Of a DNA stretch of 43,425 bases, positions 1-9,810 are shown one piece after another. The number at the start of each line of letters is the position of its first letter. Position 1 is the first letter of the stretch. This DNA comes from Candidatus Micrarchaeaceae archaeon (GTDB taxonomy: Archaea > Micrarchaeota > Micrarchaeia > Micrarchaeales > CABMGC01): positions 1-43,425 of the forward strand of contig JAVYWZ010000006.1 in NCBI GenBank assembly GCA_038877255.1, read 5' to 3'. A program made the translations under genes and the position numbers. The notes beneath the pieces were generated by a model, which was not told the origin of the DNA, did not search any database, and saw only the letters and a list, made by a program, of their open reading frames with translations.

Positions 1-2
1 AT

Positions 3-710
3 ATCCTGGATTCATTCAGACAGGCAAACAAGGAAGGAGGAGATGAACTCAACAGGGCAGAATTTAAAATAAAGGAAGCGATAGAATTCTTTGGAATAGA
101 CCTTAACAAGCACAAAAGAGGTTTGGACATAGGTGCTGCACCTGGCGGTTGGACTCATTACTTATCTCAACATGGGATTAAGGTTGTTGCAGTGGACAAC
201 GCACTTTTGGACTATAAAAAAATAAGTAAAGGCAAAAAAGTTCTTGTTTTGGCAGATGAAGCAAATGCGCCAAAAATTCGGGAAACGATAGCGAGCGAAG
301 GTTTAATCGAAAATGTTTCAGTTGAAGGAATTAGTAATCAGAATATCCAAGTCGACAAATATGATATAGTTCATATAAAGGCAAACATGGAACAGAACAA
401 TGGAATTGAGCTGCTCAAGAGATTTGGCAGATTCGACATTCTTGCCATAGATACAAACACACCGCCTTTGGAAAGCGCAACAATTGCCAATTCTTTAGTT
501 GAACTGCTAGATCCAGAGGCGTCGTTGATTATGACAGCCAAATTAATAACAAGAGATTTTAGCAGGCATATCTCAACTGTTGAGACTGAACTTTCTAAGA
601 ATTACAGAGCTATACAACTAAAGAAGCTATCGCACAACAGAAGAGAGCTTACAGCATATGGAATATTTAAGAGTGTGGCAAATGTGCAGGCAGCCATAAA
701 GGATGTCTGA
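3..710 (+). CDS. FtsJ/RlmM-like SAM-dependent RNA 2'-O-methyltransferase, 5'-truncated by the window edge
   Basis: The frame is open from position 3 (…LNRAEFKIKEA…GLDIGAAPGGWT). The NRAxxKxxEA and DxGAAPGGW motifs, and the C-terminal HNRRE, are typical of FtsJ-like methyltransferases. Confidence 0.8.
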   Translation: MLDSFRQANKEGGDELNRAEFKIKEAIEFFGIDLNKHKRGLDIGAAPGGWTHYLSQHGIKVVAVDNALLDYKKISKGKKVLVLADEANAPKIRETIASEGLIENVSVEGISNQNIQVDKYDIVHIKANMEQNNGIELLKRFGRFDILAIDTNTPPLESATIANSLVELLDPEASLIMTAKLITRDFSRHISTVETELSKNYRAIQLKKLSHNRRELTAYGIFKSVANVQAAIKDV

Positions 711-744
711 TTTCCTTCAGCACCTATGCTACCAAATCAACTAG

Positions 745-844
745 GTGATATCTTCCCACGAATGAATTCGTGGGCTTCAATGGTAGCGTGTAGTTCAGCC
801 CGTTCTCCACCAGGCATTCTGCAAGCATACGAATGGACAAAGAT
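745..844 (-). ncRNA. Orphan IS200/IS605 right end / TnpB omega-RNA-like scaffold (element 1)
   Basis: The minus strand reads ATCTTT..CATTC-hairpin-GAATG CCTGGTGGAG...CTACCA TTGAAGCCCACGAATTCATTCGTGGGAAGATATCAC. It has a subterminal hairpin (755-774), a TCAC end, and a 5' ATCTTT complementary to the 3' GAAGAT. Confidence 0.65.
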
Positions 845-940
845 GATTATCTAAACATTTTAAATGATTTTGAATTGGCTGTAGAATTCGAGCCTGACAA
901 GTTTCACTATGGTCTTTTGCTAGAGTGCAAAAGGTAAGAG

Positions 941-3337
941 CTATATTGCTTTGGCATCTACTATTTTGGCGCCTGGATCAAGCCTCATTAGCCTTACACC
1001 GCTAGCCGATCTGCCTGTGTGCCTTATTGACGCTATGGGAATTGTTATGCTTACCCCTTTTGAATTTACTATTAGCAGTCTCTGCTCGTTTCTTATGAAA
1101 ATTGCCTTTGCAACAGTTCCTGTTTTTTCATTAACTTTGAAGTTCCTTACACCTGAGCCGCCTCTGCCCTGGAGCCTATAGCTCTCTACAGAGGTAAGCT
1201 TGCCAAAGCCCTTTTCAGATATGCTCAGTACGCTTCCTGAACCATCTGCAGCAAGAACGTTAACTGCAGAATCATTAGGTGAGAGCCTTATGCTCATTAC
1301 TCCTGCAGCAACTCTGCCCATGCTTCTAAGCATATTCTCGCTGAACTTTATTGCCTTGCCGTTCCTTGTCGCTACAAATATATAAGGCGCATTGGCGTAT
1401 ATTGCCACGTCTGCTATGCTGTCTTCGCCTCTAAGCATTATAGCCCTTATGCCAGTGCTTCTTGGCCTCGAGAACAGCTTCGCATGCATTTTCTTAATGC
1501 GGCCACGTCTTGTCAAAAACAAGATTTTATTATTCTCAAAATCATTGATATTGAATGCATCAACAACCGCCTCGCCGTTTCCAGGCAAAGCCAGAAGATT
1601 AGTTACAGCTCTTCCTTCTGAATAACGACTTCCTTCTGGCAGATTATACGCTTTCAGCCAGAAAACCCTGCCTTTGTTTGTTACAAACATAATATAATCT
1701 TTGTTGTTTGCTGCAATCACGCGCTTTATAAAGTCGCCTTCTTTTAGATTGAAGGTTATGACGCCTTTACCGCCACGCTCCTGCTCCTTGTATGTGGCGA
1801 GGCCTAGCCTTTTAACGTAGCCAGAATTTGTAAGCAGCACAACCACAGGCTCGCTCGCTATCAAGTCCTCGTCTTTTATCTCCTCTGGCTGTTCCATGAA
1901 AATAAGCTCTGTCCTTCTTGGTCGCTGGTACTTGTTTTTGAGCTCCAGCGTTTCCTGTTTTATTATGGAGTCTATCTTTTCCGGCGAAGCAAGAACACTG
2001 GCATAAAAAGAAATTTTATCGGTTAGTTCTTTCTTCTCGTTTTCAAGCGTGTTATGCTCTAGTTTTGTAAGCCTGCCCAGACGCATGTCGAGTATAGCTG
2101 CTGCTTGCTTCTCGCTCATGCCTAGCTTGCTCTGCAACTTTTCTTTCGCGTCGCTTGCTTCTGCGCTGCCCTGTACTATCTCTATTATTTGGTCTATGTG
2201 CGTTATTGCGTTAAGCAGCCCCTCCACTATGTGGTTACGTTCGGTAGCAACCTTAAGCTCGTGCTCGCTTCTCTTCTTCACGACTTCTCTTCTGTAATTT
2301 ATAAATGCAGTGATCATCTGCAATAGGTTGTAGCTGCGCAGGTCGTTTCCCTTGACTGCGAGGTTTATTATAGGAAATGTAATTTCGAGCTGCGTGTGCT
2401 TGTATAACTGGTTTATTACCTGCTCAGCGTTTGCCCCGCTTGCTAGGTAAATTTTTATGCTTATTCCGTTCTTGTCGCTCTCATCGCGTATGTCGCGAAT
2501 GCCTGTTATTATTTTCTGCTTTACGAGCTCGACTATGCTTTTTACAAGCTGCGCCTTGTTGACTCCAAACGGCAATTCAGTAACTACAAGCTTGTTATCT
2601 TCTGTATTTGTTATTCTTGCGCGAAGTACTAACTGGCCCCTACCAAAGCGATAGCCGTTAAGCGCATTTCCAGACATTATGCATATTCCGCCTGTGGGGA
2701 AGTCAGGCCCTTTCACTATGCGCAATAAATCTTCTACTGTTGCGCCTTTGTTGTCTAATGCGTAAACCACAGCGTCACAAACTTCTGCAAGGTTGTGTGG
2801 GGGTATGCTCGTAGCTACACCGACAGCTATTCCCGATGCGCCGTTAACAAGAAGAGTAGGCAGCTTGGAAGGCAGCACTACAGGCTCCTGCTCTGTATTA
2901 TCGAAATTAGGCACAAAAGGCACTGTTTCCTTGTCAATATCGTTTAGCATCTCTTCAGCAAGCCTAGTAAGCCTGACCTCTGTATAACGCATAGCAGCAG
3001 GAGGATCGCCGTCAATCGAGCCCATGTTGCCTTGGCCTTCGACAAGAATGTGGTTCATTGAAAAGTCTTGGGCTAAATGCACGATCGAGTCATAAACTGC
3101 TATGTCGCCATGCGGATGGTACTTGCCTATTATTTCGCCAACCACCCTTGCGCTCTTCTTTGTAGGCTTGTCATGCGTATTGTTAAGCATATACATGGCG
3201 TAAAGTATGCGCCTTTGAACGGGCTTGAGACCATCGCGAATATCAGGTATTGCCCTACCAACGATTACGCTCATGGCATAGTCTATGTAGCTTCTCTGCA
3301 TCTCGTCTTCGACAGGGACCTTTGTTATGTTTGCCAT
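941..3337 (-). CDS. gyrA: DNA gyrase subunit A
   Basis: Motifs [16 protein letters not shown] and AAMRYTE (catalytic Tyr), the GyrA-box QERGGKG, and C-terminal beta-pinwheel repeats. Confidence 0.98.
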   Translation of the reverse strand: MANITKVPVEDEMQRSYIDYAMSVIVGRAIPDIRDGLKPVQRRILYAMYMLNNTHDKPTKKSARVVGEIIGKYHPHGDIAVYDSIVHLAQDFSMNHILVEGQGNMGSIDGDPPAAMRYTEVRLTRLAEEMLNDIDKETVPFVPNFDNTEQEPVVLPSKLPTLLVNGASGIAVGVATSIPPHNLAEVCDAVVYALDNKGATVEDLLRIVKGPDFPTGGICIMSGNALNGYRFGRGQLVLRARITNTEDNKLVVTELPFGVNKAQLVKSIVELVKQKIITGIRDIRDESDKNGISIKIYLASGANAEQVINQLYKHTQLEITFPIINLAVKGNDLRSYNLLQMITAFINYRREVVKKRSEHELKVATERNHIVEGLLNAITHIDQIIEIVQGSAEASDAKEKLQSKLGMSEKQAAAILDMRLGRLTKLEHNTLENEKKELTDKISFYASVLASPEKIDSIIKQETLELKNKYQRPRRTELIFMEQPEEIKDEDLIASEPVVVLLTNSGYVKRLGLATYKEQERGGKGVITFNLKEGDFIKRVIAANNKDYIMFVTNKGRVFWLKAYNLPEGSRYSEGRAVTNLLALPGNGEAVVDAFNINDFENNKILFLTRRGRIKKMHAKLFSRPRSTGIRAIMLRGEDSIADVAIYANAPYIFVATRNGKAIKFSENMLRSMGRVAAGVMSIRLSPNDSAVNVLAADGSGSVLSISEKGFGKLTSVESYRLQGRGGSGVRNFKVNEKTGTVAKAIFIRNEQRLLIVNSKGVSITIPIASIRHTGRSASGVRLMRLDPGAKIVDAKAI

Positions 3338-3361
3338 GTAGACCAACAAATCAAAGCATAA

Positions 3362-5272
3362 TCATATATCTAGGAACACGACCTCGCTTGCGTGTTCTTC
3401 CAAGAATTTTCGCCTTTTCTGAACATCAACACCCATAAGTATCTCAAAGAGCTCGTTTGCACGCTCTGCGTCGCTTATTGTTACCTGCTTCAGCATTCGG
3501 CTCTCCGGATTCATTGTAGTGCTCCAAAGCTGTTCGGGATTCATCTCTCCAAGGCCTTTGTACCTTTGCACATCTGCTCCGTCTCCGAGCTGCTTGAGCT
3601 TTTCGGCTAGCTCTGCGTCCGTATAGCAATAGTATAGTGCTTTGCCTTTTGAAACCTTGTAAAGCGGAGGCTGTGCTATGTAAATGTAGCCTAGCTCTAT
3701 CAGCTTGCGCATAAACTTGTAGAAAAACGTAAGCAGAAGCGTTTGTATATGGCTTCCGTCTACATCAGCATCGCTCATTATTATGATTTTCTTGTAGCGC
3801 ACTTTGCTTGGATCAAACGTGTCTTTTATGCCTGTTCCGAGAGCAGTAACAAGCGCGTTTAATTCTGCGCTGTTGAATATTTTTTCGTCGCTTGCCTTCT
3901 CTACATTAAGTATCTTGCCCCTAAGTGGCAGCACTGCCTGTATCTGCTTGTCACGGCTTTGCTTGCTGGAACCGCCAGCGCTTTCTCCTTCAACAACGAA
4001 AAGCTCGGCAGCTTCAGGATTATCTACTATGCAATCTGCAAGCTTGCCGGGCAGCACTGCACTTTCGAATAGGCTTCTCTTCCTCGCAAGCTCTCTTGCT
4101 TTTCTTGCGCTCTCCCTGGCGTCCATTGCCAAAGAGACCTTATCGACGATCGCCCTTGCATCTTGAGGATGCTCTTCCAAATACCTAGAAAACACAGTAT
4201 AAATTGCTGTCTCTACAGCGCTTTTTATTTCGGGGTTGCCAAGCTTTTCTTTTGTCTGGCCTTCAAACTCAGGATTTGGTATAAGCACGCTTATAACTGC
4301 TGTTAAGCCTTCACGCGTATCCTCGCCTGTTATTTTACTGGTGTCTTTGCTCTCTTTTGCCATGTAATTGAGCAGCGACCTTGTAAGGCCTGCGTGAAAG
4401 CCTATTACATGTGTGCCACCTTCCTCGGTGCGTATGTTATTTACAAACGATTCCAATCTTTCTTCGTATGAATTTGTATATTGTATTGCAAAGGCTACGC
4501 TTACGCCGTTGGTCGTCTTTTGTCCACTAATCACAGACGTTATGGCTTGCTTATCTTTGTTTATGTATTTTATAAGATCCTCAAGCCCGTGTTCTGACAC
4601 ATATACTTCTTCTTCATGGCTGTTGAATCTGTCATCAATAAATTCAATCCGCAAGCCGGGATTTAAAAAACAGATATAGTGCATTCTTTCTTTTAGCAGT
4701 TCAGAATCAAATTTTGGGCTAGGAAAAATTTCAGGATCTGGTTTGAACTGTATAGTAGTTCCTGTTTTATCAGTAGCACCTTGCTCTTGTAATTGGCTTT
4801 TAGGTACGCCTCTTGAGAATTCTTGATAAAACTGCTTGCCATTTTTATACACTGTGGCCTTTGTGTACTCTGACAATGCATTAACTACTGTGAGGCCAAC
4901 TCCGTGAAGGCCTCCAGCAATCTTATACACGTCGTTACTAAACTTGGCGCCCTTGTGAAGCGTGGTCATTATTACCTCTAGGGCGCTCTTGCCAAATTTG
5001 GGCATAGTATCCACAGGTATGCCCCTCCCATCATCTGAAACTTCTGCAATGTCTCCTGTGTCGTCTTGTGAAAGTCTTATTTTTATGTTTTTGGCGTAGC
5101 CTGCCATGGCTTCGTCTACCGCATTATCTATCACTTCCATAAGCAGGTGCAGAACTCCAGAGCTGCCAGTGGAGCCTATGTACATTGCGGGCCTTTTCCT
5201 TATGCCCTGAGTGCCTTCAAGAACTACTATCTTCGATGCGTCATACTCGCTTGCTTCGTTTGCACTAGCCAT
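3362..5272 (-). CDS. gyrB: DNA gyrase subunit B
   Basis: Motifs IRKRPAMYIG, EVIDNAVDE, GGLHGVG, VEGESAGGS, PLRGKILNV, DADVDG and RYKGLGEM. Start placed at MASANE. Confidence 0.98.
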   Translation of the reverse strand: MASANEASEYDASKIVVLEGTQGIRKRPAMYIGSTGSSGVLHLLMEVIDNAVDEAMAGYAKNIKIRLSQDDTGDIAEVSDDGRGIPVDTMPKFGKSALEVIMTTLHKGAKFSNDVYKIAGGLHGVGLTVVNALSEYTKATVYKNGKQFYQEFSRGVPKSQLQEQGATDKTGTTIQFKPDPEIFPSPKFDSELLKERMHYICFLNPGLRIEFIDDRFNSHEEEVYVSEHGLEDLIKYINKDKQAITSVISGQKTTNGVSVAFAIQYTNSYEERLESFVNNIRTEEGGTHVIGFHAGLTRSLLNYMAKESKDTSKITGEDTREGLTAVISVLIPNPEFEGQTKEKLGNPEIKSAVETAIYTVFSRYLEEHPQDARAIVDKVSLAMDARESARKARELARKRSLFESAVLPGKLADCIVDNPEAAELFVVEGESAGGSSKQSRDKQIQAVLPLRGKILNVEKASDEKIFNSAELNALVTALGTGIKDTFDPSKVRYKKIIIMSDADVDGSHIQTLLLTFFYKFMRKLIELGYIYIAQPPLYKVSKGKALYYCYTDAELAEKLKQLGDGADVQRYKGLGEMNPEQLWSTTMNPESRMLKQVTISDAERANELFEILMGVDVQKRRKFLEEHASEVVFLDI

Positions 5273-5417
5273 GTCAATCCACTGCGCCTTCCAACAAATA
5301 AAAATAGATTTAAAAGAATATAAACCCTCGCATAGCAATTTGTCGTCTAAAAACAAGGTTTGTTATCGGTTATGCAAGGCATAATAATTTTATGGTCGCA
5401 TATAACAAAGTGGTAGA

Positions 5418-6737
5418 ATGGCAAAGAAAAGGATTTTGATCCTTGGCGCTGCAGGAAGAGACTTTCACATATTCAATACGCTTTTCAAAAATAATGATGA
5501 ATATGAAGTGGTTGGATTTACTGCAGCGCAAATTCCTTTTATAGAAAACAGAATATATCCGAAAGAATTGAGCGGAAGCATGTATAAAAATGGCGTACAG
5601 ATATATGATGAAAAAGATCTGGCAAAGTTGATAAAAGATCTTAAGATAGATGCTTGCATACTCGCATACAGTGACTTAAGCGACGATATTGTAATGGAAA
5701 AGGCTAGCATAGTAAATGCCAATGGCTCCGATTTTTGGCTCATTGCTCCACAAGCGAGCATGCTCAAATCAACAAAGCCAGTCATAGCAATCTGCGCAGT
5801 GAGGACTGGCGCAGGGAAAAGCCCGACCACAAGATATGTGGCAAGGCTTTTGAGAGATTTGGGCAAGAAGGTTGTAATAATAAGGCACCCAATGCCATAT
5901 GGAGACTTGAAGAAACAGGCAGTGCAAAGGTTTGCGAGCATCAAAGACCTTGATAAATACAAAACCACTATAGAAGAGCGCGAAGATTATGAGCCACACA
6001 TAAAGAACAGGTTTGTGGTTTTTTCTGGAGTAGACTATGAGCGCATACTCAGAGAGGCTGAAAAGGAAGCTGACATTATAATTTGGGACGGCGGAAACAA
6101 CGATACACCTTTCATTAAGCCTGATTTGATGATAACGATAGCTGACCCGCTAAGGGCAGGAAATGAGCTTACGTACTATCCGGGCCAGACTGCAGCGCGA
6201 ATTGCAGATGTAATAGTAATAAACAAGGTAAATTCTGCAAACAGCGAGGATGTTCAGCGTGTAGAAAATGACCTAAGAAAAATAAATGACAAAGCAAAAA
6301 TATTGCTTGCGGATTCGGTAGTAAGTGCAGATAGCCCAAGTTTGATAAAAGGCAAGCGCGTGCTGCTCGTAGAGGATGGTCCTACAATAACGCATGGCAA
6401 TATGACCTTCGGAGCGGCAACGGTTGCCGCTAAGCAATACGGTGCTGCCGAAATAATAAATGCAAAGCCATATGCTGTTGGCACAATAAAAGATGTATTC
6501 GAAAAGTATCCTTCGTTAGGAAAGGAACTCCCTGCTGTCGGCTACAGCGCAAAGCAGGTCAGGGATTTGGAAGCGACAATAAACAGGGCAGATTGCGATT
6601 CTGTTGTTTCCGCTACGCCTACAGACCTGAAGCACATAATAAACATAAACAAGCCAATAGTACAAGTAACATATGAGATAAAACCTAGAACAAAAGAGTT
6701 TGACGAAATAATAAAAGCATTTGCTAAAAATAGATAA
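5418..6737 (+). CDS. Arginine synthetase ArcE-like P-loop NTPase (cyclic 2,3-diphosphoglycerate synthase-related family)
   Basis: N-terminal GAAGRDFH, P-loop AVRTGAGKS, RHPMPYG, TIEEREDYEPH, WDGGNND and EDGPTITHG are characteristic of this family. Confidence 0.75.
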   Translation: MAKKRILILGAAGRDFHIFNTLFKNNDEYEVVGFTAAQIPFIENRIYPKELSGSMYKNGVQIYDEKDLAKLIKDLKIDACILAYSDLSDDIVMEKASIVNANGSDFWLIAPQASMLKSTKPVIAICAVRTGAGKSPTTRYVARLLRDLGKKVVIIRHPMPYGDLKKQAVQRFASIKDLDKYKTTIEEREDYEPHIKNRFVVFSGVDYERILREAEKEADIIIWDGGNNDTPFIKPDLMITIADPLRAGNELTYYPGQTAARIADVIVINKVNSANSEDVQRVENDLRKINDKAKILLADSVVSADSPSLIKGKRVLLVEDGPTITHGNMTFGAATVAAKQYGAAEIINAKPYAVGTIKDVFEKYPSLGKELPAVGYSAKQVRDLEATINRADCDSVVSATPTDLKHIININKPIVQVTYEIKPRTKEFDEIIKAFAKNR

Positions 6738-6751
6738 TAGCGCATAGACGT

Positions 6752-6825
6752 GGGCCCGTAACTCAGCTTGGTAGAGTGACTGGCTCTTAACCAGTAAGCC
6801 GAGGGTCCGAATCCCTCCGGGCCCG
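6752..6825 (+). tRNA. tRNA-Lys(CTT)
   Basis: Acceptor stem GGGCCCG/CGGGCCC, anticodon arm ACTGG-CTCTTAA-CCAGT and T-arm GAGGG-TCCGAAT-CCCTC. Confidence 0.93.
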
Positions 6826-7294
6826 AAAAATATACAAACTAAGCGCTCAGCGCCTGCGCGGTCTTCGTCGCGTGCCCCTTGTTTTGGCTCTTGAGCTTCT
6901 TTTTGCTGCTCTCGGTGTAGCCTTCTTCTGCGCGCCTTGCGTGCAGCTTTGCCTGCGCGCTTCTTTTTTCAATATCATATAGAAGGAAATTAGTGAAGCA
7001 CGAGCAAGGAGAAACAGGCATGTGAATAGTATTAGGGCGTGCTCCGTAGCATAGCAGCGTAGTAGTGTAGTGCCGCTAGCTCGGCATAGCCTAGCATATT
7101 CAAACCTAATGTCACATATCTACTAATTTGATAATCTTTATATATCAGTTATGACATAATATTAAATGTAAGGCTGCGTTAGGCTGCGACCATTGCGTAT
7201 GACATATTTACAAAACTGCAAATTATTGCACATAAATTGTAACTTTATGATAAGTATATATATTTACTGAAGCAAAAAGTATTATGGTGATGTT

Positions 7295-8014
7295 CTGAAG
7301 AAAGCTTATCCTAAGAAGCATGTTGTTAAGAAAACAGGCAAAACACAAAAACACATAGCGAAAGCAACGCATAAGGTAGCGCAAAAACGCATAGCAGTAC
7401 TGCACAATACGAACAAAAAAGAGAATAAAGGCAAAGTCAGCAGAAAAACTGCTGAGAAGCGTGCTGAGAAAAAGAAAGCAGAAGAGAAGCATATGCACGA
7501 ACAGCACGCCAAGAACCTCGAAATAATCAACACAATCCTGGCAAACGACAAAGTAGCAGGCTTCCTTTCTAATAACATAAGCAAATATGCTATTGACATA
7601 ATAAGAAAGATAGACGGGCTTAAGACTGATGAAGCGATTGCCGCAAATATGAACATGAAGATAAATGAAGCCAGGAGACTTCTGAATAAACTGGGTGACT
7701 ATGGCATTACAAGGTATGATACGCACAAAGATTCCAAAGGCTGGCTCACATTTGAGTGGTATGTTGATGTTGAAAAGCTTAATGATCTCAACAAAACAAT
7801 AAACAGCATACAGGAAGAAAACAAAATCAATTTACCGGATAATTGCGACGACTTCTTTATTTGTGAAAAATGTTATGAAAACGATAAAATAGTGCTTCCT
7901 TTTGAGGCTGCTTTTGAACATTCTTTTAAATGCCCAGAATGCCACAGGCCACTAAAAAGGCTAAGCAAGCAAGAAGTTACAGAATTGCTTGCAGTCGCAG
8001 AAAAGAATATATAA
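7295..8014 (+). CDS. tfe: Transcription factor E (TFE/TFIIE-alpha) with a Lys-rich N-terminal extension; probable CTG start (first ATG at 7493)
   Basis: Winged helix TDEAIA…EARRLLNKL…GWLTFEW plus zinc ribbon CEKC…FEAAFEHSFKCPEC. The frame is open upstream to a CTG lying 4 nt after GGTGA. Confidence 0.85.
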   Translation: MKKAYPKKHVVKKTGKTQKHIAKATHKVAQKRIAVLHNTNKKENKGKVSRKTAEKRAEKKKAEEKHMHEQHAKNLEIINTILANDKVAGFLSNNISKYAIDIIRKIDGLKTDEAIAANMNMKINEARRLLNKLGDYGITRYDTHKDSKGWLTFEWYVDVEKLNDLNKTINSIQEENKINLPDNCDDFFICEKCYENDKIVLPFEAAFEHSFKCPECHRPLKRLSKQEVTELLAVAEKNI

Positions 8015-8036
8015 TAAAGGCCTATATTCTTATAGA

Positions 8037-8123
8037 AGCGAGGTAGGGTAGCCTGGAGTACCCGCTGGGCTCATAAACATTTGTGAAACCCAGAAATCGG
8101 TGGTTCAAATCCACCCCTCGCTA
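8037..8123 (+). tRNA. Initiator tRNA-Met(CAT) with a ~12-nt intron at 37/38 (8076-8087)
   Basis: A1-U72 acceptor AGCGAGG/CCTCGCT, three G-C pairs in the anticodon stem CTGGG/CCCAG, and CTCATA followed by the insert AACATTTGTGAA. Confidence 0.9.
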
Positions 8124-8137
8124 TACCCAGTACAGTT

Positions 8138-8233
8138 CCACTATTCAGCTTGCTTTTATTATTGTATGTATATTTTTAATTTATATTTAATTTAAAAACA
8201 AAAAACAAAACATAAAACAAAAGTGAATAGTGG
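8138..8233. repeat. Long imperfect AT-rich inverted repeat downstream of tRNA-iMet
   Basis: Perfect 10-bp arms CCACTATTCA (8138) and TGAATAGTGG (8224) enclose a T-rich then A-rich interior. Confidence 0.55.
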
Positions 8234-8289
8234 CATACAACCCACCTTTGCTACTATTTTATTTATTTTTATTGGTATTTTATTAATAA

Positions 8290-8763
8290 GTGATTTTCGT
8301 GACTGAAGTCAGTGCTGAAATTTTATTCGACAAGCTTTCGGCTGAGAAGTCAACAGGCGAACTTAATCCTCTTACTGCTGATTTTTATTACAAAGCGGAA
8401 CAGTATATCGCTTTGCTTGCTAATACTGACAAATCAAGCGTTGAAGTTGTAAATGCCCAAAAAATGCTTTCGCAGTTGAAAGAGAAAAGAAAACAAAAAA
8501 TACTTGTTTACTTGGCTTTCGGGAAGCCTTTGCCTAAGCCGATTCCAGAGGAAGAGGAAACCTTATATAATGAAATACTTCAAATACTTAGCAACAGTGC
8601 TGACGTAAAAACAACAAGACTTAAAATACTCGCTGATTTACCTGAAATTATGACTCCGGAAGGCAAAAAGCTCGGGCCTTTCAAAAACGGCGAAGTTATA
8701 GAAGTAACAGACGTGAAAGATGCAAGCTTTATAGTGAACAACAAGATAGGAGAAAAGGTGTAA
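8290..8763 (+). CDS. DNA replication complex GINS subunit (Gins51-type)
   Basis: LxPLxxDFY and KEKRKQKIL helical A-domain, C-terminal GPFKNGEVIEV B-domain, and the conserved position upstream of rpl44e. Confidence 0.8.
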   Translation: MIFVTEVSAEILFDKLSAEKSTGELNPLTADFYYKAEQYIALLANTDKSSVEVVNAQKMLSQLKEKRKQKILVYLAFGKPLPKPIPEEEETLYNEILQILSNSADVKTTRLKILADLPEIMTPEGKKLGPFKNGEVIEVTDVKDASFIVNNKIGEKV

Positions 8764-8765
8764 CG

Positions 8766-9047
8766 ATGGAAATTGAAAAGCAAATAATGGCTTATTGCCC
8801 ATACTGCAAAAAGCATACGCTGCATAATGTCAAACAAGTTTCTAGCGGCAAGGTCAGGTACAACAGCTTTAGAAACAGGAAGCATGAAAGGACAGCAAGC
8901 GGTTATGTTGGTAGTGTTGAGCCTAGGCTGATAGTGAAGAAACAAGGTAAGCGCCAGCGTGTTATTTTACAGTGTACTGTGTGTAAAAAGTCGGTTGAGC
9001 GCGTTTTCTTTGGCAGAACAAAGAAGAAAATTGAGATAAAACGATAG
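8766..9047 (+). CDS. rpl44e: 50S ribosomal protein eL42 (L44e)
   Basis: YCPYCKKHTLH…GY…LQCTVCKK zinc ribbon. Confidence 0.93.
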   Translation: MEIEKQIMAYCPYCKKHTLHNVKQVSSGKVRYNSFRNRKHERTASGYVGSVEPRLIVKKQGKRQRVILQCTVCKKSVERVFFGRTKKKIEIKR

Positions 9048-9048
9048 T

Positions 9049-9810
9049 GTGGCGAATATGATAATCAGAAAACAACTTCCAAGTGTTGGAGAAGTTGTTC
9101 TTATAAAGATAAACAAAGTTATGCCTTTTGGTGCTTATTGCTATTTGACTGAATATTCTATCGACGCATATTTGCCCATAAGTGAAGTAAGCGCAGGCTG
9201 GATAAAAAACATACATGAATTTATAAAAGAAGGCCAGAATGATGTTGCAAAGGTATCCTTCGTAGATCCTGAAAAAAGCGCAATAGATATTTCGCTTAAG
9301 AAGGTAAGCACCAAAGAAAAGAAAGACAAGCTTAACGAATATAGCCTTGAAAAGCGCGCTGAACAGCTTTTCAAGCAAGCGGTTGCTACAACAGGTAATG
9401 AAAAAAACATTGCTGAAATAATCAACGCTGCAGGCACAAAGTTCAAGACTTACACAGAGCTTCTAGACGCAGCTTATTCTGATGATCCTAGTGTAAAAAA
9501 GGCTATTGGCAGTGAACTTGCTGAAAAGCTTCATGAGATAGCGCAGAAAAATATAAAGCCAAAGGTGTATGGCGTGACTTACACGCTAGAGCTCCGCGCT
9601 AAGAATAAGATAGGCAACATAGAAAAGCTTAGGAATGCACTTGGCGCTATTGAAAAACTCGGAATAAAGGTCATTTATGCAGGTGCTCCGCATTATGTGC
9701 TTAAAGCAGAAGGCGATACATATCCAAGTGCAGAGGCAAAGATAAAGAACGCAGATGCGCTCCTTGCGAAGCATAACGAGCTCGAATTCTCGCTTGTAAA
9801 GATGGGTTGA
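9049..9810 (+). CDS. eif2a: Translation initiation factor 2 subunit alpha
   Basis: S1 domain LPSVGEVV…ISEVSAGWIKNI…IDISLK and C-terminal YAGAPHY. Confidence 0.95.
   Translation: MANMIIRKQLPSVGEVVLIKINKVMPFGAYCYLTEYSIDAYLPISEVSAGWIKNIHEFIKEGQNDVAKVSFVDPEKSAIDISLKKVSTKEKKDKLNEYSLEKRAEQLFKQAVATTGNEKNIAEIINAAGTKFKTYTELLDAAYSDDPSVKKAIGSELAEKLHEIAQKNIKPKVYGVTYTLELRAKNKIGNIEKLRNALGAIEKLGIKVIYAGAPHYVLKAEGDTYPSAEAKIKNADALLAKHNELEFSLVKMG

Noticed and set aside
1987..1998. 11/12 match between the element-3 putative guide and gyrA
   Set aside because: Too short; expected by chance in 43 kb, and it does not extend.
6839..7100. Short minus-strand ORF(s) with a hydrophobic segment and an Arg/Lys-rich tail
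   Set aside because: The most protein-like frame has no start codon, there is no recognisable family, and the sequence is low-complexity.
8138..8290. Replication origin (AT-rich stretch next to GINS)
   Set aside because: No recognisable ORB repeats and no orc1/cdc6 nearby.
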